IMG/VR virus record: IMGVR_UViG_3300009788_000096
Location: 31,403 to 95,402 of that record
Strand: one strand, 5' to 3'
Length of the DNA stretch: 64,000 bases
Source: a virus
The position numbers and the translations under genes were made by a program. This document shows positions 36,999 through 46,865 of this stretch, piece by piece. The notes under the pieces are model-generated. The model was not told the origin of the DNA, searched no databases, and saw only the letters and a program-made list of their open reading frames with translations. Every line of letters starts with the position of its first letter. Position 1 is the first letter of the stretch.

Positions 36999-38049
36999 TC
37001 TCCTCTACATATTTAACGAAGTTTGCTCGTTTCTTGAATTTCTTCTTGTCGAATCTTATGACATTTTTACCCCAGAGAAAATCTGCCATGGAATTAATAT
37101 CGTCAAGGCCATAGTCATATAATATAGTAAAACGACTGTCTCTAAAGGGTTTGGAGACCTTAGAGCGTTCAACTTTTACTTCACTAATGATTCCAAAGAC
37201 TCGCTTGGATTTCTTTTTGGTTTTTCTCAGCTTTTCCACTTCTCTGATCCATGCGACCTGGTGTGTATAAAAGTCAAGTGCCTTTCCACCGGCTCGATAT
37301 GTTTTCTTTCCAAACGTGGCGCCGATCTTTACCCTGACTTGTGAGATAATCATCAAGGTGGCATCGTATTTATTACTTTCAAGTTGACTGGCAACAGCAG
37401 CGAAAAAGGAACTTGAGTATTTTTGCTTTTCCAAATTATAGGAACCTTTTTCTTCTGTATCATTTTCTACTGCTTGTTCAAAACGCTCAATATCTTTAAA
37501 TGACTTAATGGCATCCCAGCTATCGAGGATATACAGAAGGAACTCTCCTCTTTTTAAAGCCTTGACTCTCCTATAATAATCCCTCCCAAATGCTTCAACG
37601 TTTTTTGTGGTTATCCATTCTACTTCATCAACGAACGGACATTCCCACTTTCCAGTTTTTGGATTCTTTCTCCCATACATTTTTTCCAATGGGAAATCCA
37701 TAACGCCTTCACAGTTATTATAAACGATGATAAGCTTTTTGACTTTAGGAAATATTTTACTTTTAATTTTTTTGATATACTTCCAAGCCCAAAAACAACA
37801 TTCCAAAGCAAGAAGTGTTTTCCCACTACTACCATCACCGACGATATTACAAATACGCGATCTGGCCCAACCGCCTTTAGGACCTTTGCCGGATAAAGCT
37901 AAATTCAAACGAGTAGAACCTGAATGGATAAACTCAACACGATCATTTGGATCCATGGATCTACCTTTTCGCCTTAGGATTTTTCTCACGCTCGCAACGT
38001 CGGCTTGTTTGTTATGCCGAACTTTTCGCCGTTTGATTTTCCGCATCAC
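36898..38049 (-). CDS. uvsX: RecA/UvsX-like recombinase
   Basis: SGSTRLNLALSG, GDGSSGKT, ILDSWD, ISQVRVKIG, GGKALDFY. Confidence 0.9.
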   Translation of the reverse strand: MMRKIKRRKVRHNKQADVASVRKILRRKGRSMDPNDRVEFIHSGSTRLNLALSGKGPKGGWARSRICNIVGDGSSGKTLLALECCFWAWKYIKKIKSKIFPKVKKLIIVYNNCEGVMDFPLEKMYGRKNPKTGKWECPFVDEVEWITTKNVEAFGRDYYRRVKALKRGEFLLYILDSWDAIKSFKDIERFEQAVENDTEEKGSYNLEKQKYSSSFFAAVASQLESNKYDATLMIISQVRVKIGATFGKKTYRAGGKALDFYTHQVAWIREVEKLRKTKKKSKRVFGIISEVKVERSKVSKPFRDSRFTILYDYGLDDINSMADFLWGKNVIRFDKKKFKKRANFVKYVEENDREEALAEKTEKKWNKIEKLFEDEVTKRKARF

Positions 38050-38058
38050 ATCTCCTTG

Positions 38059-38151
38059 TGGAGGGTGGCAGGGCGAATGGCCAGTATAAAGGGATCGGAT
38101 GGATATGGGTGAGGGTTAGACCCATAAACCCTTTACTTTCCGCCCTGCCAC
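38059..38151 (-). ncRNA. Structured RNA candidate (long interrupted hairpin) in the recA 5' region
   Basis: 11-bp stem GTGGCAGGGCG/CGCCCTGCCAC with inner TAAAGGG/CCCTTTA and ATGGGT/ACCCAT stems. Confidence 0.45.
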
Positions 38152-38164
38152 GATCGGTTATAAA

Positions 38165-38253
38165 TGGAGGCAGGAGAGGCTGAGTCCCATCGACGCCAGA
38201 GCCTTTTCAGGCTGCGCTCAGCACCGTCGCTGTCCCTTTCGGGCTCTCTTGCC
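38165..38253 (-). ncRNA. Structured RNA candidate with two GAAA tetraloops and a pseudoknot
   Basis: Closing stem GGCAAGAGAG/CTCTCCTGCC; CCC-GAAA-GGG; AGCCT-GAAA-AGGCT; crossed pairs CGACG/CGTCG and GCTGAG/CTCAGC. Confidence 0.55.
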
Positions 38254-38260
38254 AAGACCG

Positions 38261-39532
38261 TTATAGATCGAGTTCGTCAATGACCTCTTCGTGCAAATCA
38301 TCAAGATCATCTTTATCGAAATCGTCCAAGTCAATATCGAGGTCTTCGTCTTTAATGACTCTTTTCAATTTCTTGTAATTCATCTTTTTGATTTGCTTCT
38401 TGGTGAACTTAGGTTCATCGTCATCATCATCATCGTCATCATCGTCATCGTCATCGTCATCGTCATCATCGTCATCGTCGTCATCGTCGTCATCATCATT
38501 GTCGGCATCGTCATCATCGTCATCATCGTCATCGTCATCATCGTCATCGTCGTCGGCATCTTCCAGTGCCTCCGCGATTTTTTGTTTGACGTCGTCGACA
38601 TCGTCCTTTTTCTTGATTTTGACTTCAAGATCATTTTCGTCGATGAACTCTTTTAGCTCATCCATATCTTCGCAGTCATCGAGCTGTTCAATCAGATCAT
38701 CGTCGTCATCATCGTCATCATCATCACGATCACGAGCTTTTTTCGACTTCTTGTCGTATCCGTAGTATGCCTTGTAGATTTCATCGTAACTGGGATGGAT
38801 GACGATTCCATCAAGAATTTGAGCTTCATCCAGAATGTCTTGATCGATTTCATAATCCCGATCATCGAAAGCATGACCTTCGAAACTGGGATAGTCATTT
38901 TTCGATTTGGCCGGCTCAATTTTAAAGGTGACGGATTTCCCGTTTTTAATATCCACGAAGTTGACGTCCTTCTTCTTCTTTCCCTTCCTTGAAGGACGCT
39001 GGCTTAGTGCCACCAACTTCTTTTCCATATAATGCCAGCTAACATCCCAGACCTGTACACCTTTATCCTTTTCGCCACGATCATAGCAAAGGACATTATA
39101 AAGGTTGCGACGTTTCGGCCAGAGTTTGTTGGCCTTTTTATCTCTGCCCTTTTCAAACAGTGCCTGTTGATGTTCGCAGACAGGACACTTTTTGTCATAA
39201 GTTTTTTCCGGGCAAAGCATAACCTGATTCTGGGCGCCGAGGTTTGTATGGCAATAGAACTCGAAAGTGTATTGCTCTTCGCCCCGAGCGTCGGGATCCG
39301 GGTCTTTCTTGCCTGCGAAGTAAGGAACAATATCTACGATGTGATCACCATCTTTAGGTCTCCAAATCTGGAGATCAAGACTTTCGTCGATAATGGTTTT
39401 AAATCTTCCTTTACTTCTCTCTTGACTCTTTTTAATCCGTTTTTGGAGAGCGCCACTCTTCATCTTTCTGCGTTTGCGGCTACTCTTCAAACTCTTTTTC
39501 TTTTTCTTTTTGGACTTTTTCGACCTCGCCAT
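38261..39532 (-). CDS. gp32-like single-stranded DNA-binding protein with basic N-tail and poly-Asp tract
   Basis: WRPKDG..IV.IVPY, H...CP.....CPVCE (Zn), RNLYNV, GVQVW; acidic C-terminal region; lies between UvsY and UvsX. Confidence 0.75.
   Translation of the reverse strand: MARSKKSKKKKKKSLKSSRKRRKMKSGALQKRIKKSQERSKGRFKTIIDESLDLQIWRPKDGDHIVDIVPYFAGKKDPDPDARGEEQYTFEFYCHTNLGAQNQVMLCPEKTYDKKCPVCEHQQALFEKGRDKKANKLWPKRRNLYNVLCYDRGEKDKGVQVWDVSWHYMEKKLVALSQRPSRKGKKKKDVNFVDIKNGKSVTFKIEPAKSKNDYPSFEGHAFDDRDYEIDQDILDEAQILDGIVIHPSYDEIYKAYYGYDKKSKKARDRDDDDDDDDDDLIEQLDDCEDMDELKEFIDENDLEVKIKKKDDVDDVKQKIAEALEDADDDDDDDDDDDDDDDDADNDDDDDDDDDDDDDDDDDDDDDDDDDDDEPKFTKKQIKKMNYKKLKRVIKDEDLDIDLDDFDKDDLDDLHEEVIDELDL
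38415..38560 (-). repeat. GAY (poly-Asp) trinucleotide tract
   Basis: Long run of mixed GAT/GAC codons in the SSB gene. Confidence 0.9.
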
Positions 39533-39700
39533 AGCAAGCCTCCTTGTCCCTGCAAAACATACAGGGAATTTTATAGTTAATCAAACCTTCCACGACACTT
39601 TTCATTACAGCCAATGTTCCAATTCTACAAGCTATGTAGATAAACACCACATAAATAAAAATATCGACTATCCTATTAAATAATTCCGAGAATGTTATAG

Positions 39701-40198
39701 TCATTTTTGTCTCCTACTAATCTTCCTTCTTTTTAATCCCGTGCTACGACGGATTGCGTCTTTGACTCTCCTTTCTGCTTCTTCTTTGTGAGCCATTGGA
39801 ACCTTTGGATCAGCAAAGTGGAGTTGCACGTTTAAAGATGTAAGTGATTCTAACATATTCTTCCGTTGCTGGAAAGACTTCTTAGCTTCGTCAAGAGTTT
39901 TCTCATCTCTCAATGCATCCATATAACGGCGAAAGTATTTTTTGACTCGTTTTTGTTTAGATGCAATTGCCTTGGCGATAAAATCAGAAACCTTTTCTCC
40001 AGCATCATATACTTCGGGATCACGTTTAATTTTATTAACCATTAAGCCGAGGACTATTTCGTATTTATTCTTTGCTTCTTTAGAATCGACTTCCGCGAAT
40101 ACCGCCTTTATAGCCCAGTCATAGTAGAGCTGCGGTTGTTGAACGAGTTCTTCATCCAGATTATACCGGTCAATTTTTAGGTCTTTTATATAAGTCAT
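39701..40198 (-). CDS. uvsY: UvsY-like recombination mediator
   Basis: KDLKIDRYNLDEE...QPQLYYDW resembles the UvsY N-terminus; F.QRK.ML; next to SSB and RecA. Confidence 0.65.
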   Translation of the reverse strand: MTYIKDLKIDRYNLDEELVQQPQLYYDWAIKAVFAEVDSKEAKNKYEIVLGLMVNKIKRDPEVYDAGEKVSDFIAKAIASKQKRVKKYFRRYMDALRDEKTLDEAKKSFQQRKNMLESLTSLNVQLHFADPKVPMAHKEEAERRVKDAIRRSTGLKRRKISRRQK

Positions 40199-40424
40199 GA
40201 ATAGGTACCATTTCTAAGTATATAACATTTGAAGCAGAGGGAATTATTTTAATGCAATTCATAATATTCCCGGCTGCCATGATTCGTAAAGTGTTACCTT
40301 CCATTTGGAGGTGTAGCAATTCGGTTTTACTGATTATTAAGTCAAAGCGATTCTTCCACCTGTTTTCAATATACGGATATTTTTTTCTTCGTTTGATTTT
40401 TCTCCTTTTAATTTTTCTCATCAT
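40170..40424 (-). CDS. Hypothetical protein with N-terminal RKIKRR x2
   Basis: SD GGAGG; ATGA coupling. Confidence 0.55.
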   Translation of the reverse strand: MMRKIKRRKIKRRKKYPYIENRWKNRFDLIISKTELLHLQMEGNTLRIMAAGNIMNCIKIIPSASNVIYLEMVPIHDLYKRPKN

Positions 40425-40648
40425 TGATCCTCCATTATTATATGTCGCAATAAAAGACTTTGCGTTTTTAACTCATGTAGCATTTCAAATAGCAGTAAGT
40501 CAGTAACAGTACTTGACTTCAACCAAGCCCCATCTTTAAATCGGACAAAAATTTGATCATGGTGTCTCGATATGTGCATGTCAATTTCTTCTTGTTGTTG
40601 ATTTTTGCTTCCGTGTTCTCCGCCTCCGTTGCCTCCTCGATTCGCCAT

Positions 40649-40927
40649 TTACTTCTCCTCCTTTTGACTATACCAATTTCGTAACATAGGAAGATTTTCG
40701 ATATCGTCAGAGTTTCCTGGCATAGCCTTCAAAGGTTCCATTCCACATAGCCAAACCGGGACATTTTTGTATTTCTTTTTTGCAAGCCTTTTTGAAATAC
40801 AATTAATACAAAGTAGTCCGCCTCCATTACCTGTTGGTGAAATATCATTCCATACTTTATCTGGAATAATTGCTTCAATCCAACCTTCACCTCCATATTT
40901 TAACCCGCAATCATAACATTTAGCCAT
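40649..40927 (-). CDS. Small Zn-binding hypothetical protein
   Basis: CYDC...WNDISP..GGGLLCINC. Confidence 0.6.
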   Translation of the reverse strand: MAKCYDCGLKYGGEGWIEAIIPDKVWNDISPTGNGGGLLCINCISKRLAKKKYKNVPVWLCGMEPLKAMPGNSDDIENLPMLRNWYSQKEEK

Positions 40928-40936
40928 TTCATCCTC

Positions 40937-41236
40937 CTAAAATAATTCATCCCCATCACCCGCAGCCCAAAAATCAATATAGCCACATATAGGACATTCG
41001 ATAGTTGTCCAAATCCCGTTCTCGTTGACTTTCATGTCAACCATACCTGTTTCACCAGAAGGACATTCCGGAAACTCCCGGTTTGCTTTTGCCTCATATC
41101 TGCTTGGGTCTGCCCATTGGTGTTTTGGTTTAAGCTTCCACCTATTGGGGCAGGGCATTCTTCGAGTATAGTTTGACTTGTGATAAACATTATTTCTTGA
41201 TTCCATTAGTAATTGATCTGCATAATCTTTGCTCAT
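40937..41236 (-). CDS. Small Zn-ribbon hypothetical protein
   Basis: SD AGGAG; CPICG; promoter motif directly upstream. Confidence 0.55.
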   Translation of the reverse strand: MSKDYADQLLMESRNNVYHKSNYTRRMPCPNRWKLKPKHQWADPSRYEAKANREFPECPSGETGMVDMKVNENGIWTTIECPICGYIDFWAAGDGDELF

Positions 41237-41257
41237 TTTTTAATCTCCTATAACTAT

Positions 41258-41274
41258 ATTATAACACGTTTTAT
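41258..41274 (-). promoter_or_regulatory. Phage promoter motif ATAAAAYG-N3-TATAAT
   Basis: Minus strand ATAAAACGTGTTATAAT. Confidence 0.6.
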
Positions 41275-44200
41275 GCTTTCATATCCGGTCCCATTATCCG
41301 CAACAGCTTCACAAAATTTTTCATCCCTGCTAAGAAATGCATCTCATTATCTCGGTTGTGAAGTACTGCTGAGGGATGTATACACCACGCGATCCACGCA
41401 CCATACTCTTCTGACCAAGTTGTCTTCCCGGACATACTAATGATTCCACTTGATCGTTTTAAGAAGTACTGCAGATTAGTATTTCCATAAGCAAGAATTA
41501 ATCTTGGCTTAATTTCTTTTAACTCGTGGTGAAGGAACTTATCTCCACAAATTTGAATTTGCTTCTTATTAGGTTTCCCGCTATTTGACGGATAGCATTT
41601 CCCCATATTTGTAACATGAAACATCTTCCGTTTATAGCCTTTCCGTTTTAAGTACTTCCAAACCTTTTTTCCAGACGCCCCAACGAAACCTTCTCCATCC
41701 CGATCTTCTTCAAATCCGGGCGCTTCACCATCTATAGGTACGTTCCAAATCCCCGGACTGGGCCCGACGGGTGCATCGCATTCATCTCGTAATTCGCAAC
41801 CATCACATCTTTTTAAATCCAGATCAGATCTGAATCTTTTCTTCCTAATAAGCTTCCTCTTCTTTGCGAGTTTTCTTAACTCATTATGATCGCCTTGCAG
41901 GATGGCGTCTAAGCGGTCCAATCTTATCTTCCCATGAAATAGCTTATAAAGTTTTGGATAATTTTCTTTCGGATTAGTCACAACCCGAAATTCAAATTTA
42001 CTTTTGACTTCGTCTGTAATTTGCACTGGATCATTATAGTTATATGCACCGATGGAATCAAGTAATTTTCCAAGGCTTCCTTTATGCTTTATGACTTCAT
42101 CAGATTCTTGTTTATTAAAAAACTTTTTTATTCCTACGTTTTTATCATTTGTTTGTGAAGCCTTAATAGCTTTGACAGGACCGATAGTTTTTACTTCAAC
42201 AAATGGAATATATAATTTTTTCTCCCTCGCAATCCAAGTTGTCGGATCGCTAATACCTACCTTGGGCAGAACGAGAGTTAAGCCAAGTCTATAAGCTTCC
42301 TCGATCATTTCCGCTTTTTTCTCTTTGGAGCCGTAAGTCAAACTTGCGCATATAAATTCGGTTGGAAAGTATTTCTTCAACCATGCGCACCAATAAGCAA
42401 TGATTGCATACTCAACACTGTGCGCTCTATTGAAACCATAGTGTGCCCACTTTTGTAAACCTTCCCAAAATGTTTCTGCTTCATCTTTATCGAATATCTT
42501 TTTCTTTATGCAACCTTTAATGAACTGGCGCTCGTATTTTTTAAATTCTCTTTTGTCTCTCTTTTTACCAATTACTTTCCTTATGTTATCCGCAGTACTA
42601 TAAGGCAAGCCGGCGATCTTATGAATTACTTCCATGACTTGTTCTTGATAAACTAACATTCCATAAGTATCGCCTGTAATTTTTTTATAGGTCTTATGTG
42701 CAGACCATCGCTTGCCATGTTTCCGTTTTACATATTCAGAAGTCATACCACTTTGAAAAGGCCCAGGTCTGACGAGGGCCACAGCATCTGAGATATGCTT
42801 AAATTTTTCGATTCCCATTTCTTTAATAAGGTTGGAGGTAGCATAAGTATTTAACTGGAAAAGACCGACAGTATTCCCATCGTTAATTTCGCTAAGCACC
42901 TTCTCGTCTTCGATGTTTATTTTCGTTAAGTCAATATTTTTGTTATAGTTGATTTTAATAATCCGCATCGCTTCTGCAAGAATGGAAAGTAATTTTAGAG
43001 CCAAGGCGTCCAACTTCATTAAGCCGACATATTCTGTATCTTCCTTTTCCCAGTTGATAAGTAAAGTTCCGTCTTTATCCATTAATACGCAACGGCCGGA
43101 TTTACCTATATCTTCATTGGACACGACAAGCGCAGCGGCATGTTGTCCATAGCCACGTATCTGCCCTTCGATTTTCTTGGCATACTTAATAACGATAGGA
43201 TAACGATCTGCAAAATCCTGTGCCTCTTCATAATTGTCAATGGCTTCCTGTATTTTATCTGGATCTTCGCCGCCATCGTCAATTAATTTATTAAAACTAT
43301 TTACTTCACCATGTGGAACCTTAAATATTCTGGAAACATCTTTTATAACCGACCTTGCTTTCATCCGATTATAACTACTTACTCCCGCGACTTTTCCACT
43401 TCCGTATTTTTCTTCAAGATATTCTCTAACAAGGTGTCGCTTGTTATGTTCAAAGTCAACGTCAATATCTGGATAGTCAACACGATCTTCACTGATAAAA
43501 CGGCTGAAAGGAAGGTTGTGTTTTATGGGATCGACCGCAGTGATTCCAATGAGATAACAAATTAAACTGCCGCCAACAGAGCCACGACCTGGGCCAACAA
43601 GAATATCATTTTCTTTACACCAATGTACTAAATCCCATACGATCAGAAAATACCTGACAAATTTCTTTTTGACTATAAGCCGATATTCCTCTTCAAATCG
43701 ACTATGATATTTGTGGCTGTTCTTGATCTTTTTTTCAAATTTATTTCGGTATCCTTTGTAGACAAGTTTTCTAAGGAAAACATTTTCTTCACCCGGATTG
43801 ACTTCCTTAAGGCGAGGCAAATTGACTTCCTGTTTTGGGATTCTAAAATCAGAACACTTCTCACCAATCTCCAATGTATTATAAAGGTATTCCTTTTTAT
43901 AGAATCCCAAATTCCGCAATGCCCTTTTCATTTCTAAGGCAGTGCGAAGATGAAGATTTCTAATTGCAAACTTCCATCTTTTAGGATCATCCCATGTGGC
44001 TTTAGTTTGGAGGGCAAGTAAAACTTCTTGCGCTTTATAGTCTCCGCGACTTATGTAATGACAGTCGTTTGTGGCAATTATTTTTGAGCCGGAATCCCTT
44101 GCTAAATAAATGACATCATTATTGACTTCAACTTGCCTCTTCATTTTATGTGGCATGACTTCGCAATATATGTCGTCAGGAATGCTGCTATGCAGGGCTC

Positions 44201-44648
44201 GCCATAAATCAATACCACCATCCATTTCCACAAACGTACTTGTGCAAGCTGTGCCAATACAGAGTCCTTTGAAGTGGTTGAGCAACCAGTCATATTGGAT
44301 TCTCGGCCTATAATAAAAACCGTCAAGATTGGCCATAGTCATTAACTTACAAAGGTTTTTAAACCCTCGTTTATTCTTAATCCAAAGGGTCACATGTCCA
44401 TTTTTTCTTTTCTTTGCTTCAACGTCTTCAACCATATATGCTTCACAGCCGAGAATCGGTTTTATTCCATGGGCATCACATGCATTTTGGAATTTAATCA
44501 ATCCATCCATTTTTGCATGGTCAGTAATTGCCAAATACTTATAACCGAGCAAAGCAGCTTTACGAGCATAGTTATCTACCGTGCCGAATCCATCTAAGTG
44601 GCTATACTCGGTGTGGACATGCAAGTGAGCGAAGTCAGCGTTTATCAT
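41271..44648 (-). CDS. dnaE: DNA polymerase III alpha (family C) with C-terminal family-4 uracil-DNA glycosylase domain
   Basis: PHP domain HLHVHTEYS/TDH; GRGS, PDIDVDF, HAAA, KLD, YGFNRAHS; then CxxC, GEAPG, FVGASG, TN..KC.P, HPSAVL. Confidence 0.95.
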   Translation of the reverse strand: MINADFAHLHVHTEYSHLDGFGTVDNYARKAALLGYKYLAITDHAKMDGLIKFQNACDAHGIKPILGCEAYMVEDVEAKKRKNGHVTLWIKNKRGFKNLCKLMTMANLDGFYYRPRIQYDWLLNHFKGLCIGTACTSTFVEMDGGIDLWRALHSSIPDDIYCEVMPHKMKRQVEVNNDVIYLARDSGSKIIATNDCHYISRGDYKAQEVLLALQTKATWDDPKRWKFAIRNLHLRTALEMKRALRNLGFYKKEYLYNTLEIGEKCSDFRIPKQEVNLPRLKEVNPGEENVFLRKLVYKGYRNKFEKKIKNSHKYHSRFEEEYRLIVKKKFVRYFLIVWDLVHWCKENDILVGPGRGSVGGSLICYLIGITAVDPIKHNLPFSRFISEDRVDYPDIDVDFEHNKRHLVREYLEEKYGSGKVAGVSSYNRMKARSVIKDVSRIFKVPHGEVNSFNKLIDDGGEDPDKIQEAIDNYEEAQDFADRYPIVIKYAKKIEGQIRGYGQHAAALVVSNEDIGKSGRCVLMDKDGTLLINWEKEDTEYVGLMKLDALALKLLSILAEAMRIIKINYNKNIDLTKINIEDEKVLSEINDGNTVGLFQLNTYATSNLIKEMGIEKFKHISDAVALVRPGPFQSGMTSEYVKRKHGKRWSAHKTYKKITGDTYGMLVYQEQVMEVIHKIAGLPYSTADNIRKVIGKKRDKREFKKYERQFIKGCIKKKIFDKDEAETFWEGLQKWAHYGFNRAHSVEYAIIAYWCAWLKKYFPTEFICASLTYGSKEKKAEMIEEAYRLGLTLVLPKVGISDPTTWIAREKKLYIPFVEVKTIGPVKAIKASQTNDKNVGIKKFFNKQESDEVIKHKGSLGKLLDSIGAYNYNDPVQITDEVKSKFEFRVVTNPKENYPKLYKLFHGKIRLDRLDAILQGDHNELRKLAKKRKLIRKKRFRSDLDLKRCDGCELRDECDAPVGPSPGIWNVPIDGEAPGFEEDRDGEGFVGASGKKVWKYLKRKGYKRKMFHVTNMGKCYPSNSGKPNKKQIQICGDKFLHHELKEIKPRLILAYGNTNLQYFLKRSSGIISMSGKTTWSEEYGAWIAWCIHPSAVLHNRDNEMHFLAGMKNFVKLLRIMGPDMKA

Positions 44649-44863
44649 GCTGCTGCCTCCTCCATCTTTTTAAGCTTTTTGAGATGGAAGTTAATGTACT
44701 TCATTTGAGCCGATGGCGCTGCCTTTTTGATTTTAGCAGCAAGTTTCATCTTGGAAGCAAGATAGTTATAACGTCTTGTCAATCTTATAATTGACTTCCC
44801 CAATCCATCTTCCTCTTCCAAATCAATTAAGCTCCTGATGTTTCCCTTCATGTGCTTTTTCAT
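44645..44863 (-). CDS. Hypothetical protein
   Basis: SD AAGGAG; ATGA coupling on both sides. Confidence 0.55.
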   Translation of the reverse strand: MKKHMKGNIRSLIDLEEEDGLGKSIIRLTRRYNYLASKMKLAAKIKKAAPSAQMKYINFHLKKLKKMEEAAA

Positions 44864-45048
44864 TTTTTCTCCTTTGCTAATGTAGACATTTGCCAAATTG
44901 ATCTTCCGCCCCAATCAGAATGTGATTCATACGTTCCGCATTCTGGGCACCAGTTATGGTAGGTGCTAATATCTCCCGGTATGCCAGTACTTGATGAAGC
45001 TATTGGCAGCATTTTTTTACATTTGCATTTTGGATTTGGACATTCCAT
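44860..45048 (-). CDS. Small Zn-ribbon protein
   Basis: CPNPKC ... WCPECG; SD GGAGGAG. Confidence 0.55.
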   Translation of the reverse strand: MECPNPKCKCKKMLPIASSSTGIPGDISTYHNWCPECGTYESHSDWGGRSIWQMSTLAKEKK

Positions 45049-45051
45049 CTT

Positions 45052-46044
45052 TTACTCCTCCTTTAAATCAAACCAAGTTAAAAGGCCAGAATTACTTTGC
45101 GGTTCAAAGAATTCCCGGTGAACAGGCATAGCCAGAGGCTCTCCAGCCGTCGCTCGCTGGGCAATACTATAGGTTGCCCGTGATGGTTCTGGAAGTGACT
45201 TCTTTCCCATCTTATCAGGAAGAAAGCCAACCCTATAACTAATGGCATCACACCACTTACAGGGAGTAAAGTCTCTACTATTATTATACAGTATTTTACG
45301 GCATGCGTTGAAGTAGCGGTTGTTCCAGATTTTTTGAAGTGGTTCTTCCAAAGCATTGCCACACTTGTACCACCCAACAAAGTCATTGCAGCATATAGCT
45401 ATATTGCCATCCCATCTAATACTTAACTCTCTAAATGGTTTGGCACATCTTTTCATCATTGGAGCTCTTCTTGGAAGAGAAGCACAACCGCAATGGTTGT
45501 TCAGTTTTGCATGTGTGCCTTTCTTCGCTTTGGAAATATCTTCAACAAATATAATATGGTGATCGTTTATCTCATATCGGTTGTGCGGTGAATACTTCTT
45601 CTCCCTTGGATAATGGTGATAGGCCAAGTCTTCCCGCGAAAGCTGGTCAAGAATTTTCTTGCTAAAGGGATTGTGTTGATAGTCATCTATAGCGATGACA
45701 TTAATACCAAGGCCAAACAGAAGAAATTCCATTTTTTTCTTTGCGTTCCTCACAAGTTTAAAACCGTTTGTGGTTATCATCAACTGATTTTTAACATTTG
45801 CGAAAGCTGCAAATATTTCACGATGTAAAGGATTCGCTGTTGGCTCGCCGTGCATAGCAAATTCAATTTTACTATTCCATCCGGTCTGTTCAATGTTCGC
45901 TGCGATTGTCTTCGCATTGTCAAGAGAGAGGAACTTGTAACACCCTGCCTTCTCTCTTATACCTTTGATCCCACAAAAGTCACACATTAGATTGCAGCCC
46001 TCAGTCAATTCGATTTGGATAGTAAATGGAGATTGCTGTTTCAT
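45052..46044 (-). CDS. Radical SAM/SPASM(Twitch)-domain protein
   Basis: ELTEGCNLMCDFC, HGEP, TTNG; CAKPFRELSIRWDG..ICCND...PCKWCD. Confidence 0.9.
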   Translation of the reverse strand: MKQQSPFTIQIELTEGCNLMCDFCGIKGIREKAGCYKFLSLDNAKTIAANIEQTGWNSKIEFAMHGEPTANPLHREIFAAFANVKNQLMITTNGFKLVRNAKKKMEFLLFGLGINVIAIDDYQHNPFSKKILDQLSREDLAYHHYPREKKYSPHNRYEINDHHIIFVEDISKAKKGTHAKLNNHCGCASLPRRAPMMKRCAKPFRELSIRWDGNIAICCNDFVGWYKCGNALEEPLQKIWNNRYFNACRKILYNNSRDFTPCKWCDAISYRVGFLPDKMGKKSLPEPSRATYSIAQRATAGEPLAMPVHREFFEPQSNSGLLTWFDLKEE

Positions 46045-46865
46045 AGTATTCCTTTAAACCTTTCCTTTCTGGTTCGCATAGAAAACGCATCAAGATATGC
46101 TTTCTTCCATGCGACTTTTAAGTCATATTTTCTCCAACCCTCATTTGACTTTTTATCCGAAGCTTTTCTTTCAATAAGCCTTGTATGCTTCGGAAATAAC
46201 TTGTGAACCGTTTTAATACTTTCCAATTGATTCTTATCGGTTCTATAAGTGGCACAGCCACCTTTAGTCCCGGGAGTTTGGTGCACTGCATATTTATAAG
46301 TGATTCTATTCTTGTATCCGGCGGAAAGTAAACCGAGAGTTATTTGCATATCCGTTAAAAAGACAGAATGATCACAGCGAAGCCCCAGATGATAGAATAG
46401 CCAACGATTAAAACCGAAAACACTATAAACGTTTTGGACTTCCTTATAGTCAAGATCAGGTTGAGTAAAGTTAAGTCCACGAAAACTCATTCCAACCTGT
46501 CCAAGATTATCGTGCTTGAGCCAATCTGTTAATAAGAGGAACATATCTTTCACATCTGATCTTTTAGCTGGCCTGAGTTTTTTATCCAAATCTCGCCGGG
46601 AGAAAGTACAATCATCATCCAGCATAAAGATATATTCTTCCGGAGAAGATTCGATGATATACTGACGCTTATAGGCTATGCCTTTCTTGCCTACATGGAC
46701 AATAACGTTTCGCCCTGCTTCCCGGAATTCTTGCTCCTCTTCTGGGTAGACAACGAAGCGAACCATGTTTCTGATTATAAGTGGAAGGGATTCATAAGTC
46801 TTCTGTTTGTGAATCCCACGATTATAAGTAAACAAATAAAAGCCAACATCTTTATAGGAATCCAT
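46041..46865 (-). CDS. TET/JBP-associated glycosyltransferase (TAGT/GREB1-like), paralog 2
   Basis: TYNR, KGIAYKRQYI, MLDDD, D.QITL.LL..GYKN, GGC..YRT; TAATG coupling. Confidence 0.75.
   Translation of the reverse strand: MDSYKDVGFYLFTYNRGIHKQKTYESLPLIIRNMVRFVVYPEEEQEFREAGRNVIVHVGKKGIAYKRQYIIESSPEEYIFMLDDDCTFSRRDLDKKLRPAKRSDVKDMFLLLTDWLKHDNLGQVGMSFRGLNFTQPDLDYKEVQNVYSVFGFNRWLFYHLGLRCDHSVFLTDMQITLGLLSAGYKNRITYKYAVHQTPGTKGGCATYRTDKNQLESIKTVHKLFPKHTRLIERKASDKKSNEGWRKYDLKVAWKKAYLDAFSMRTRKERFKGIL

Noticed and set aside
38291-38765. Poly-Ser, poly-Ile/Val and Met/Thr ORFs overlapping the SSB gene (likewise 56860-57360)
   Set aside because: Shadow frames of the GAY tracts, with no independent coding evidence.
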